A stretch of DNA of 64,000 nucleotides from Dehalococcoidia bacterium. Lineage in GTDB: Bacteria > Chloroflexota > Dehalococcoidia > UBA6926. The notes beneath the pieces are model-generated. The model was given only the letters and a program-made list of their open reading frames with translations, did not search any database and was not told the origin of the DNA. A program made the translations under genes and the position numbers. Location: contig CAXXET010000004.1 in the NCBI GenBank assembly GCA_963666115.2, positions 96,001 through 160,000 on the forward strand, written 5' to 3'. Positions 17,686-27,147 of the stretch are shown in pieces. Position 1 is the first letter of the stretch. Each line of letters begins with the position of its first letter.

Positions 17686-20148
17686 ATGACTGACCAGAAC
17701 GGAAACGAAAGCCCATCGGCGCTTGCCCACCTCCGCGTCCTCGACCTCGGCGGCCCAACGCCGCAATTCGCAACCCGCCTCCTCGGCGACCTCGGCGCGG
17801 ACGTAATTAAAGTAGAGCCGCCCGGCGGCGACCCCCTCCGAATGCAGGCCCCGTTCGCCGGCGGCGCGCCCCATCCTGAGCGCAGCATCCCGTTCATTTT
17901 CGATAACCACAACAAGCGCAGCGTCGTCCTGGACATCGAGACCGATGAGGGTCGCAGCGCGCTAAAGCGTCTCGCCGCCACCGCCGATGTCATCGTCGAG
18001 TGCTTTGACCGGACCTACCTGGATGACTGCGGCATCGGCTACGAAGACCTCTCCCAAACCAACCCGCGCCTCATTCTCGCCTCCGTCTCCCCATACGGAC
18101 GAACCGGCCAGCGCAAGGACTACGCCGGCACGGAGCTAACCGTGCAGGCCATGACGGGCGTCATGTACATCCACGGCGATAGCGAGGAGCGCCCGTGCCT
18201 CGTTCCCGCCGAGCAGCTCTACCGCGTAACGGGATTCCACACGGTTCTCGGCATCATGGCCGCCGTCCGCGCCCGCCGCCTCACAGGCCGTGGCCAGCAG
18301 GTGGACGTGTCCATGCAGGACGTCGGCCTGTGGCAGTTGATGGTCGTTCTCGGCGAATACTCCTACTCCCAGTACATCAGGCGCCGCGCCGGCTCCGCCC
18401 CCAGCAACCCCGGCGTCTCCATCTTTGAGTCCAGCGACGGCGGCTTCGTCCAGACCTCCACCTACATGGATCGCCATTACACCCGCCTCGCGGAATGGCT
18501 CGGTTCGGACGCCGTGACCCCGGAAAACATGCTTGATCCCGTCTGGCGGCGCGACAACATCGACCTCATCGACGCCGTCATGGTGGATTTCATTGCCCAC
18601 ATTGACCGTGACGACTTTGTCGACGAAGGGCAGAAACGCGGCATCCCCTCTACTGCCATCCACACCGTGTCCGAATTCGTCAACCATCCCCACCCAAACG
18701 CGCGCGACTGGTTCGAGAACCTGGAGCACCCCGTAATCGGCCCATACAAAACAGCCGGCGCCCCATTCCGCATGAGCAAGACCCCCTGGCGCGTCACCAA
18801 ACCCGCCCCCCAACTAGGCCAACACACCGACGAGATTCTCTCTGAAACTGTATCCGAATCCCCCGCGAAGGCGGGGGGCCACGCCGCCCCCGCCGTCATT
18901 CCCAGCGCCCCCGCCCGTCATTCCGGCGAAAGCCGGAATCCATCCGGCCTCCCCCCCACCCCCAAACCCCTCGAAGGAATCCGCGTCGTTGACTTCACCC
19001 AGGCCGTCGCAGGCCCCGTCGCCACCGGCTTCCTCGCATTCCTCGGCGCGGACGTCATCAAGGTGGAAACGGACGCCCACCCGATCGCCCGCAGGCCGGA
19101 CGCCCCCGCCTTCGCCGAACTCAACCGCGGCAAGCGCAGCGTGAACATCAATGCCCAGAACCCCGAGGGCTATGAGGTCGCCCTGCGCCTCGTCGCCGAA
19201 TCCGACGTTGTCATCGACAACTGGCGCGCAGGCGTCATGGACCGCATGGGACTCGGCTATGACAAGCTCGTGGAGGTCAAGCCGGACATCATCGCCGTCC
19301 AGATGCCAGGCCTCGGCCTCACCGGCCCCTCCCACCACTTCACCACCTACGGCCAGATGATCTTCGGCTTCTGCGGGCTCGGCTACGTCTGGGGGCATGA
19401 GGGCAGCCAGATGACCACCCGCCCCAAGCTCGGCTACACCGACTACGTCGCAGGCTCTGCCACCGTCGGCGCGATCCTGACCGCCCTCGAACACCGCGCC
19501 CAGACCGGCGAGGGCCAGTTCATCGAAGTGGCGCAGTTGGAGGGCTTGGCAGCAACGCTCGGCGCCCTCTACATGGACTATTCCATTAATGGCGTCGATG
19601 CCCAGCCGCGCGGCAACCGCTCCGAGCGCATGGCCCCGCATGAGGTCTACGCTTGCCTCGGCCATGATGCCTGGTGCGCCGTCGCCTGCCGTGACGACGA
19701 TGATTGGCGGCGGCTGGTCACAGCCATGGAATCCCCCGAGTGGGCGCAGGACGCCAGGTGGGACACGCTGGAAGGCCGCGTAACTAACAAGGAAGAACTC
19801 GACCGCCGCATCGGCGAATGGACGGCCACGCTGTACCCGCAGCAGGTCTTCGACCGCCTCCAGCGCAGCGGCGTCCCCGCCGGCATGGACCAGGGCCCGG
19901 ACAAGCTCGTCTGGGATCCCCACCTGCGGGAGCGCGGCGCAGTCGTCACCGTCCCGCCGCCCGCCCCCTGGAACGTCGGCCCTCCGCTCACCCACCCCGC
20001 CCTAACCGCCCGCCTCTCCGAAACCCCCGGCCAATCAGACACCCCAGCCCCAACCTCCGGCCAACACAACGACGACATCTACCGCAACATCCTCCACCTA
20101 ACAGAGGACGAAATCACCCGCCTAACGGAAAGCGGAGCGTTGGTATGA
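17686..20148 (+). CDS. Fused two-domain class III CoA transferase (CaiB/BaiF; BbsEF-like)
   Basis: Two LRVLDL/IRVVDF..LGADVIKVE..NKRS repeats; APQLGQHT; RBS ggagga. Confidence 0.92.
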   Translation: MTDQNGNESPSALAHLRVLDLGGPTPQFATRLLGDLGADVIKVEPPGGDPLRMQAPFAGGAPHPERSIPFIFDNHNKRSVVLDIETDEGRSALKRLAATADVIVECFDRTYLDDCGIGYEDLSQTNPRLILASVSPYGRTGQRKDYAGTELTVQAMTGVMYIHGDSEERPCLVPAEQLYRVTGFHTVLGIMAAVRARRLTGRGQQVDVSMQDVGLWQLMVVLGEYSYSQYIRRRAGSAPSNPGVSIFESSDGGFVQTSTYMDRHYTRLAEWLGSDAVTPENMLDPVWRRDNIDLIDAVMVDFIAHIDRDDFVDEGQKRGIPSTAIHTVSEFVNHPHPNARDWFENLEHPVIGPYKTAGAPFRMSKTPWRVTKPAPQLGQHTDEILSETVSESPAKAGGHAAPAVIPSAPARHSGESRNPSGLPPTPKPLEGIRVVDFTQAVAGPVATGFLAFLGADVIKVETDAHPIARRPDAPAFAELNRGKRSVNINAQNPEGYEVALRLVAESDVVIDNWRAGVMDRMGLGYDKLVEVKPDIIAVQMPGLGLTGPSHHFTTYGQMIFGFCGLGYVWGHEGSQMTTRPKLGYTDYVAGSATVGAILTALEHRAQTGEGQFIEVAQLEGLAATLGALYMDYSINGVDAQPRGNRSERMAPHEVYACLGHDAWCAVACRDDDDWRRLVTAMESPEWAQDARWDTLEGRVTNKEELDRRIGEWTATLYPQQVFDRLQRSGVPAGMDQGPDKLVWDPHLRERGAVVTVPPPAPWNVGPPLTHPALTARLSETPGQSDTPAPTSGQHNDDIYRNILHLTEDEITRLTESGALV
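18893..18941 (+). repeat. Palindromic repeat family A, in-frame in the CoA transferase linker
   Basis: Partial ccgtcattccc plus full ccgtcattccggcgaaagccggaatcc; encodes VIPS..RHSGESRNP. Confidence 0.88.
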
Positions 20149-20155
20149 AAACCCT

Positions 20156-20257
20156 CCGTCATTCCGGCGAAAGCCGGAATCCATCCCCGCCCGTCATTCC
20201 CGCCGCCCCACCGTCATTCCCGCCACCCCGCCCGTCATTCCCGCGAAAGCGGGAATC
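20156..20257 (+). repeat. Cluster of four family A units (two full, two partial)
   Basis: ccgtcattcc at 20156, 20191, 20211 and 20232; full hairpins ccggcgaaagccgg and cccgcgaaagcggg. Confidence 0.9.
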
Positions 20258-20300
20258 TATGACTCATTAGTCGCCTGACATCAAAGTAGGAGGAACAAGA

Positions 20301-21050
20301 ATGGCTATCAAATGGGTTGGTGTGGACGGGTATAGCGGAGGCTGGGTCATCGTCAGCTTTGATGAGGACAGCAATTTCTTCCATGGGGTGTCGGATACTT
20401 TTGACGAAATCGTTGCGGAATTTTCAGATGCCGAGTTGATCCTGGTTGACATACCGATTGGATTGTCTGAGGGCGCTGAGCCGCGAACCTGTGATGTTGA
20501 AGCGCGACAGCTTCTCGGTAGGCCGCGCGGTTCGTCAGTTTTTCGCACCCCTTCCCGCAAGACCGTAGAGCAGATCGACGAGAATCCGGGTGACTACGAA
20601 GCTGCCAATCAGATTGAACAGGCGACGGCGAACGTTGGTCTTACCCGGCAAGCCTTCGGAATCGGCGGCAAGATTTATGAGGTGGATGCAATCGTAAGGG
20701 ACCCAATCCGCTCTTCTCACCCCATACGCGAAGTTCATCCTGAGCTATTGTTCTGGGCGCTGAACGGCTGTAAGTCGATGCGCCATAGGAAGCGCACACG
20801 TGAGGGTGTTGCGGAGAGATTGACAGTGCTAGGAGAAATCGAAGATCGCGCTGAGGAAATCTTTAAGGATGCATTGGAACACTTAGCCCAGGTTGGTGTC
20901 AGAGCAGACGACATTCTTGACGCGCTGGCCGCCGCACTTACTGCGTGGCACTGTCACGATAACTTGAGGTCAATCCCGGAGGAACCCGAATTCGATAAGC
21001 AAGGGCTGCGCATGGAGATGGTGTTCTGTCCTTGCGCCGATGGAGAATAG
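20301..21050 (+). CDS. DUF429 family (RNase H-like) protein
   Basis: VGVDG..GGW, VDIPIGL, REVHPE, DDILDA; AT-richer than its flanks. Confidence 0.85.
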   Translation: MAIKWVGVDGYSGGWVIVSFDEDSNFFHGVSDTFDEIVAEFSDAELILVDIPIGLSEGAEPRTCDVEARQLLGRPRGSSVFRTPSRKTVEQIDENPGDYEAANQIEQATANVGLTRQAFGIGGKIYEVDAIVRDPIRSSHPIREVHPELLFWALNGCKSMRHRKRTREGVAERLTVLGEIEDRAEEIFKDALEHLAQVGVRADDILDALAAALTAWHCHDNLRSIPEEPEFDKQGLRMEMVFCPCADGE

Positions 21051-21070
21051 AGAAAAAAGGAGGCACCCCA

Positions 21071-21961
21071 ATGACCACCACATACGAAAACATCCTGTAT
21101 GAGCCGCAGAGGAACGGCGTCCTCATCACGCTCAACCGCCCTGAGGCCATGAACTCCCTCAGCGTCGAACTCCGCGCCGACTTGAACACCGCCCTCGATG
21201 AGGCCGAGCAGGACGATGCGGTCCGCTACATCGTGCTCACCGGCGCGGGCCGTGCCTTCTCCGCCGGCGCCAACATGCGCGGCTCACGCGACGGCTCCCT
21301 CCCGCCCGTCGTCTGGCCTTACGGCCTCCGCGAAGGCCAGTCCGTCGCCGAATTCCTGGACTCCTGGCGCACGGGCGACCACAACGGCATCCGCGACCAG
21401 ATGCGGCGCTGGGAGTATCCCAAGCCCATCATCGGCGCCATCAACGGCTGGGCGCTCGGCGCGGCCTCCTGGCTCGCCCTCACAACCCACATCACCATCG
21501 CCTCTGAGAACGCCGTCTTTGGCCAGCCGGAGGTGCGCCACATCTCCAACACCAACTTCATCTGGGTGCTGCTCGCGGGCTACAAGAACGCCCTCCGCTA
21601 CGCCCTCACCGGCGACCACATCGACGCGCAGGAGGCCCTCCGCATCGGCCTCGTCAACAAGGTCGTTCCGCACGACGGTCTGCTCGAAGAGTGCTTCTAC
21701 ATTGGCGAGCGCATCGCGCTGGTCTCCCCCGAAACCGTCAAGATCAACCTGCACGTCGCCACGATGGGCCTCGAAATGATGGGGCTCGACAAGGCGTGGA
21801 AGCTCAACGCCGAGCTTGCCGCCCTCGCCCACACCTCCCAGCGCGAGGATTTTAAGCGCCATCTGGACGATGCCAACGAGAAGGGCGGCCTCCGCAGCTA
21901 CATTGAAACCCGCGACGCCCCGTTCCAGCCGGAGCCCTTCGGCCCCCGCGCCCGCCGTTAA
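21071..21961 (+). CDS. Enoyl-CoA hydratase/isomerase family protein
   Basis: ITLNRPEAMN, GRAFSAG, KPIIGAING, FGQPEV. Confidence 0.92.
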   Translation: MTTTYENILYEPQRNGVLITLNRPEAMNSLSVELRADLNTALDEAEQDDAVRYIVLTGAGRAFSAGANMRGSRDGSLPPVVWPYGLREGQSVAEFLDSWRTGDHNGIRDQMRRWEYPKPIIGAINGWALGAASWLALTTHITIASENAVFGQPEVRHISNTNFIWVLLAGYKNALRYALTGDHIDAQEALRIGLVNKVVPHDGLLEECFYIGERIALVSPETVKINLHVATMGLEMMGLDKAWKLNAELAALAHTSQREDFKRHLDDANEKGGLRSYIETRDAPFQPEPFGPRARR

Positions 21962-23816
21962 CCCCGGCCGTCGAAAGCTGCCCCAGCAAGCGGTCTAGCA
22001 GGCAGAGAGGAAGCCCCACGACGTTGAGATAGCACCCGTCAAGTTCCGCGACGGGGCGGAACTCCGGGTGCTGGATTCCGTACGCGCCCGCCTTGTCGAA
22101 CGGGTCTCCGCTGGCGATATAGCCCTCTATTTCGTCGTCCGTGTAGTCGCGCATCCGCCCCGCCGTGACCTCATGCCCAACGATTGGGGCTGCATCATTG
22201 CCGGGCGGAACGACGGCAATCGCCGTGATGACGTGGTGCTCTCCTTCCCTTAACGCGCGAAGCATCTCGCGCGCCTCATCCGAATCCCGGGGCTTGTTCA
22301 GGATTCGGCCATCCGGGGCGACGACCACCGTATCCGCGCCAACGACGGGAACTATTGCCCCTTCACCCGCCACGGATTGCGCCTTTCTCAAGGCAAGGTT
22401 CTCGGCGTACGCGGCTGGAGATTCTTCGCTTTCGCTCAGAATGACAGAATCGGCATCAGAGCTTTCGATGTTGCGCGCCGGCGCAAGCGCCACGAATGGC
22501 GCGCCGTGCTCGCTGAGAATCTCGCGCCGCCGCGATGACGTGGAGGCCAAGATGAAGCCGCCCGCCCCCATCCTCTCCAGCGTCGAAACGCTTTCAATAT
22601 GATACGTGTGCGGAAACATATCGACGGGTGTGACATCGGTCAGCGCGTAGCCGCCCGGAATCAGGCCGTTCAGGTCGCGGGCAAGAGTCGCAGGGTCGCA
22701 GGAAACATACACGACGCGGCGCGGCTGCATCCGAACAATCGCGTCGATGACCTCCGGATAGCACCCCGCGCGCGGCGGATCGAGAATCACGGCGTCCACC
22801 CGCTCATTGAGCTCCGGCAGCGCCTCCTCCGTCTTGGCCATGACCATCTCAACGTTGGGAAACGGCGAAAGATTAACCTCCGCGTCGCGCACCGCTGCGG
22901 CGGACTCCTCGATGGCAATGACGCGCCCCACCATCGGCGCGATGAGCGCGGCAATCGTCCCAACTCCGGCGTAGGCGTCAACAATCGTGTCTGAAGACGT
23001 GGGTTGGAGCCGGTCCCGAACCAGGGCCGTCATGCGCTCGGCCTGCGCCGTGTTCACCTGGAAAAACGACGCAGCAGACACCCTGAACGGCACGTTGAAA
23101 AGCCGCTCCTCATAGGATTCCTGCCCAGTCTCCACACCCCGCTCATTCCCGCGCCCGTCAAGCGCCGGGTGTATGAGAATCTCCCCCGTGTTGCGTCCAA
23201 TCCGCACGGCAAGCTGCCGCTCGCGCTTGGTCAGCGCGCCGTCCAGCGCGCGCTTGATGTCGTTGATGCGCGCGTCCATGATCAGGCACTCGTCGATAGG
23301 CTCGAACCGATGCGTATGCCAATGCGTGAACCCGGCAGTGCCCTCGCGCCGTACGGTAAATCGGGCATTGTTGCGGTAATTCCACGGATTCTCGGCGGAC
23401 AGCATAGGACGAACCGACGGCTCAACGATATGCCCGATACGGCGGAGTTGATCCGCCACAACACCCGCCTTGATCCTGCCCTGCTCGTCATAGGAGATAT
23501 GTTGGAGTTGGCAGCCGCCGCACGCGCCAAAGTGCGGACATCGCGGCTCGACGCGCTCCGGTGATGCCCGCAAGACCTCAACCACTTCCGCCACGATATA
23601 AGTCGGATGCTCCTCCCGCACCTCGACAACCACCCGCTCGCCCGCGATGCCGTAGGACGCCAGCACAATCTTGCCGTCGTCGCGCCGCCCCACCGCCTCG
23701 CCCTGGTGTCCGGCGCGCTCAAGCTCAACCGTGAGCCGCTGCGCCGGGCCGTCCGGGGCGGGAGTCCTGCCGCCTCGCGGCGGAAAGCGTCGGTGTTTCT
23801 TTCTGCTGGCCTTCAT
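21852..23816 (-). CDS. rlmD: Fusion: TRAM + 23S rRNA m5U methyltransferase (RlmD/RumA) + Maf NTP pyrophosphatase
   Basis: CPHFGACGGC, SFFQVN, DPPRAG, YVSCDP, DMFPHT, then in frame ILASTSSRR, GADTVV, DKAGAYGIQ, NVVGLP. Confidence 0.88.
   Translation of the reverse strand: MKASRKKHRRFPPRGGRTPAPDGPAQRLTVELERAGHQGEAVGRRDDGKIVLASYGIAGERVVVEVREEHPTYIVAEVVEVLRASPERVEPRCPHFGACGGCQLQHISYDEQGRIKAGVVADQLRRIGHIVEPSVRPMLSAENPWNYRNNARFTVRREGTAGFTHWHTHRFEPIDECLIMDARINDIKRALDGALTKRERQLAVRIGRNTGEILIHPALDGRGNERGVETGQESYEERLFNVPFRVSAASFFQVNTAQAERMTALVRDRLQPTSSDTIVDAYAGVGTIAALIAPMVGRVIAIEESAAAVRDAEVNLSPFPNVEMVMAKTEEALPELNERVDAVILDPPRAGCYPEVIDAIVRMQPRRVVYVSCDPATLARDLNGLIPGGYALTDVTPVDMFPHTYHIESVSTLERMGAGGFILASTSSRRREILSEHGAPFVALAPARNIESSDADSVILSESEESPAAYAENLALRKAQSVAGEGAIVPVVGADTVVVAPDGRILNKPRDSDEAREMLRALREGEHHVITAIAVVPPGNDAAPIVGHEVTAGRMRDYTDDEIEGYIASGDPFDKAGAYGIQHPEFRPVAELDGCYLNVVGLPLCLLDRLLGQLSTAGVNGGRGGRRAPAGTGRRGFQCSCGGRPSRWHRPDGA
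22420..22446 (-). repeat. Family B repeat, in-frame in the Maf domain
   Basis: Reverse complement tgtcattctgagcgaaagcgaagaatc encodes VILSESEES. Confidence 0.85.
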
Positions 23817-23899
23817 GGTCGTGACGATTAGCGTAGCACGGCATGTGCTAAAATTTACGAAGCACAAAGCGGCGGATTTGGGTGGGGGGACAGCGATCC

Positions 23900-25141
23900 G
23901 TGGCAAATATCATATTTGGGGTGGGGGACCGCCGCGACCTTGATCGCGCGGCGGAAGAAGGCAACACGCCGTTCGACGGCATGTACGCGGCGACGGAAGA
24001 CGGCTTCTGGGCTCTGCGCCAGCGGCTCATCGAGGAAAAGGAGCCCTCCGGAGTAGCAGTGATGATCTCGCCGGGGGATCGTATTCCCCGCGTCCGGCTC
24101 ATTGAAGAGCTGCTGCGCCTGGAGGCGATGGGCGTGGAACTGGTCTCCGTGGAAAAGGCGGGGCATCCGCTGGAAATCGCCCTTGTGCCGGAGAATGGCG
24201 CGGAGCCGTCAGACCGGGGGCAGGTCATCCGGCAGAGCATGGCGCGCAAGGCGCTGCGCGGCGTCGTCCTGGGACGGATTCCGTATGGCTACAAGACGGG
24301 CGACCGCGGCCAGTTGGAAGAACACCCGGAGGAAGCGACCGTCGTCAAGATCATCTTTGGGCTTGCGGCGCAAAGCAAGGGCATTCGCGCCATCGCGGCG
24401 GAACTCAATTCGCGCGGGCTGCGAACGCGCCGGGGCGGAGCCTGGAGCATCGTCACCATCCGCGACATGCTGCGCAACCGCGTCTACACCGGCGCCTACA
24501 ACCGGTTTGGCGCGCGCGTCGCCGGCAACCACCCTGCCCTCGTCGAAGCCACGCTGTTCAGGGAAATCCAGGACCGGCTGGATGAGCGGGCAAAGCGCGC
24601 CGGCTACGGAGTCGGCAGACCATACCTCTTGTCCGGCGCCGCAACCTGCGGCGCATGCGGCAGCAACATGGTGGGCGTCACGCGCCGCCAATCATGGACG
24701 CGAAACGACGGCTCCTCGGGTTCCAACACGTATCGCTATTACCAGTGCGAGGCCGCGACGAACCAGGGGCGCTGCTCGTACCACACCCGGCGCGCGCGGG
24801 AGCTGGACGCAGCGATCCTGGCGCGGATCGGCCTGGACGGGATTGCCTCCCGGATCGAGGCGGCAGTCGATTTGCGAATAAGCAATCTCGCCAGGGAAGC
24901 GGCAAAGGGGCGCACCCCGGCAGAGGATATTCGATCGACGGCGCAGCTCCTGTTCCACGAGGCGGGCAGGCTGCGAGACGCCACCCGCACCCATGGCAGC
25001 GCGACAACCGCAATCGAATCGCTCCTGCAACTAACGGACGAGGACATGGCCCTCCACTCCCTCCTGCGAGACGTAGTCCTCCTGGGCGTATCCCGCATAG
25101 TAGTAGGAGAAAAAGACGCCCGCGTAACCCTGCGGAAGTGA
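23900..25141 (+). CDS. Large serine recombinase-like protein with degenerate catalytic domain
   Basis: GRIPYGY, IAAELNSRG, MLRNRVYTG, HPALV, LLSG..CGACG..YYQC..C zinc ribbon; no N-terminal YxRxS. Confidence 0.8.
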   Translation: MANIIFGVGDRRDLDRAAEEGNTPFDGMYAATEDGFWALRQRLIEEKEPSGVAVMISPGDRIPRVRLIEELLRLEAMGVELVSVEKAGHPLEIALVPENGAEPSDRGQVIRQSMARKALRGVVLGRIPYGYKTGDRGQLEEHPEEATVVKIIFGLAAQSKGIRAIAAELNSRGLRTRRGGAWSIVTIRDMLRNRVYTGAYNRFGARVAGNHPALVEATLFREIQDRLDERAKRAGYGVGRPYLLSGAATCGACGSNMVGVTRRQSWTRNDGSSGSNTYRYYQCEAATNQGRCSYHTRRARELDAAILARIGLDGIASRIEAAVDLRISNLAREAAKGRTPAEDIRSTAQLLFHEAGRLRDATRTHGSATTAIESLLQLTDEDMALHSLLRDVVLLGVSRIVVGEKDARVTLRK

Positions 25142-25145
25142 TGGC

Positions 25146-25652
25146 ATGAGCGGAACAATTCAAAGCGAGAGAATTGGCGCAAGCGAGACAGCGCCGCCCT
25201 CCCGGATGTCCGACGAGGAACGCGAGGAGCACGTCCGAAAGCTGCGCGCAATTCTAGACAAGGAGCGCCTAACCCGCGAGGACGGGCTGGTCGGCATGCG
25301 TCACTGTGCATTGTTGACCCATGACGATTTCTATAGCCTGCCGATGGATGTCGGGCTGGAACCGTTGTCCCGGCTCTTCAAGGCTGCCATCGGGAAAGCC
25401 CCGGGATCGTACAAGTCGAATACGACCATAGAGGTTGCCGATGAGCCGCTGCCCGCCACCGCTTACGAGGTTTGGTATCTTCGCGGCGTGCTAATCCGAC
25501 TGAGCGTTGACGGGGAGATCGTGTCGCTGACCGTATATCCGCAGAAGATGCGGAGAATCAAGGAAATGATGAAGTACGTCGGCAGCATCAAGGGCGGCCC
25601 GACGGACATGTCGATCAACCACGACTCCTATTGGGACGCGGAGTGGGACTAG
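25146..25652 (+). CDS. Putative VapB-like antitoxin with long N-terminal region
   Basis: C-terminal GGPTDMSINHDSY resembles VapB tails; directly upstream of a PIN gene. Confidence 0.55.
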   Translation: MSGTIQSERIGASETAPPSRMSDEEREEHVRKLRAILDKERLTREDGLVGMRHCALLTHDDFYSLPMDVGLEPLSRLFKAAIGKAPGSYKSNTTIEVADEPLPATAYEVWYLRGVLIRLSVDGEIVSLTVYPQKMRRIKEMMKYVGSIKGGPTDMSINHDSYWDAEWD

Positions 25653-25671
25653 AACGGGTCGCCAATCGGAC

Positions 25672-26085
25672 ATGGAAACAATCGTCATCGATACGTCGGC
25701 CCTCTTTGCCCTGTTGCGAGAGGATGACTTGTTCCACGAGGCAGCGCGCGACCTCTTTGACCCCTACTCCGCAAGGGGAGCCCAGATCGTCACAACGTCA
25801 TATGCGCTTGTAGAAGCTATTGCCCTGGCGCATAGGAGGCGTGGGTTCGATGAAGCGCGCCGACTGATCAACTTCGCGGAGCAGGAGATCACCGTCGTCG
25901 CGATGAATGAGGACTCCCACACAGCCGCTGTGGAACGCTACATCGACGCGCAAGGACAATCACTGAGCCTCGTTGACTGGACGCTTGTACTGCTCGCGCG
26001 AAACGTGGGCGCGCGAGTGTTTACCTTTGATCGAAACATATCTGGACACGGCGTCACCGTCATGCCGGAATCCACTAACAGGTAG
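25672..26085 (+). CDS. vapC: PIN domain toxin VapC
   Basis: IDTSALFAL..D..H, LVE, SLVD, FTFD. Confidence 0.88.
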   Translation: METIVIDTSALFALLREDDLFHEAARDLFDPYSARGAQIVTTSYALVEAIALAHRRRGFDEARRLINFAEQEITVVAMNEDSHTAAVERYIDAQGQSLSLVDWTLVLLARNVGARVFTFDRNISGHGVTVMPESTNR

Positions 26086-26123
26086 TCAGCTATGGCTGAG
26101 CAATCGTCACACAGGGGTAGCCC

Positions 26124-26699
26124 ATGATCATAGGCCTAATCTCAGACACCCACGTCCCGGAAGCCCCCCTCCCCCTCCCCGACACCGCCCTGGAAATCTT
26201 CACCGGCGCGGGAGCCGAGTTCATCCTCCACGCCGGAGACATCTACAGCCCCTCCTGCCTCGATGACCTCGAACGCGCCGCCCCCGTCTACGCCTGCGAA
26301 GGGAACGGCGATTTCTTCCGTAAAATCACAGACCCGCGCATTGAACGAACCCGCGTGATGGAGGTCGAGGGCTTCTCCATCGGCCTCACGCACGGCCTCG
26401 CCATCCCGGAGTTCCCGCCGCATCGCACAATCGAGACCGTGATGGATCACGAATTCAGCCGCGCCGTAGACATCATCGTCTTTGGAGACACGCACACGGA
26501 GGAGGTCGTCACGGTCAGGGACGTGTTGTGCGTGAACCCCGGCAGCCCAACCCTGCCCCACAACCTCGACCACCTGGTCGGCACCGTAGGGCTGCTTGAA
26601 CTGAATCACGGGCAAGAGCCGAAGGTCCGCATCATCCGCCTGGAAACCCTGGAAGAGCTGGACATGGACAATCCCGTCAAATGGTGGAGCGTCAGATAG
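26124..26699 (+). CDS. YfcE/MJ0936 family metallophosphoesterase
   Basis: SDTH, HAGD, GNGD, THG, GDTH, NPGS. Confidence 0.9.
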   Translation: MIIGLISDTHVPEAPLPLPDTALEIFTGAGAEFILHAGDIYSPSCLDDLERAAPVYACEGNGDFFRKITDPRIERTRVMEVEGFSIGLTHGLAIPEFPPHRTIETVMDHEFSRAVDIIVFGDTHTEEVVTVRDVLCVNPGSPTLPHNLDHLVGTVGLLELNHGQEPKVRIIRLETLEELDMDNPVKWWSVR

Positions 26700-26718
26700 G
26701 GATGCTCGGGCCGTCAGC

Positions 26719-26748
26719 TTGACCGACGGCGGGCGCGCCGCGTATCAT
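26719..26748 (+). promoter_or_regulatory. Sigma70-type promoter for rplU-rpmA-rpmE
   Basis: TTGACC-18 bp-TATCAT. Confidence 0.55.
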
Positions 26749-26786
26749 TGATGCCACTTTCGCCACACGATCCACGAGGTGTTTCC

Positions 26787-27104
26787 ATCAACTACGCAAT
26801 CGTCCAGACGGGCGGCAAGCAATACCGCGTGTCCCCCGGCCAGAGGGTTTCTGTGGAGAAGCTCGACGCCGAGGAGGGGGAGATCATTGAGCTTGACCAG
26901 GTTCTGATGATCACCAACGACGGCGACATCGCCGTTGGAACCCCCACAATCGACGGGGCGAAGGTAATCGCGGAGGTCGAAAAGCAGGGCAAGGACAAGA
27001 AGATCGTCGTCTTCAAGTACAAGTCCAAGGTGCGGTATCGACGCAAGCGCGGCCACCGGCAGCGCATCACGGAACTGCTCGTGCGGGAGATCGTGCCGTC
27101 ATAG
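26787..27104 (+). CDS. rplU: 50S ribosomal protein L21 (probable ATC start)
   Basis: [19 protein letters not shown]; RBS GAGGT 6 nt before ATC. Confidence 0.95.
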   Translation: MNYAIVQTGGKQYRVSPGQRVSVEKLDAEEGEIIELDQVLMITNDGDIAVGTPTIDGAKVIAEVEKQGKDKKIVVFKYKSKVRYRRKRGHRQRITELLVREIVPS

Positions 27105-27147
27105 GCCGCGCAAGCCGGAACGTCAGGCAGCAAAGGACACAGAAACA

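Noticed and set aside
20156-20257. CRISPR-like mini array
   Set aside because: Units vary in length, spacers are about 8-10 bp and C-rich, the same unit is dispersed elsewhere, and there are no cas genes
20145-20270. Short ORF MKTLRHSGESRNP... overlapping the CoA transferase stop
   Set aside because: It is entirely translated repeat sequence
21852-21961. 110-bp convergent overlap of Maf with ech as a functional feature
   Set aside because: Maf homology ends near 21970, and one extra G in the run at about 21962-21965 would put a TAA at 21958-21960; an indel is more likely
23900-26085. Integrated mobile element (recombinase + VapBC)
   Set aside because: No catalytic Ser motif, att repeats, or replication/transfer genes are visible
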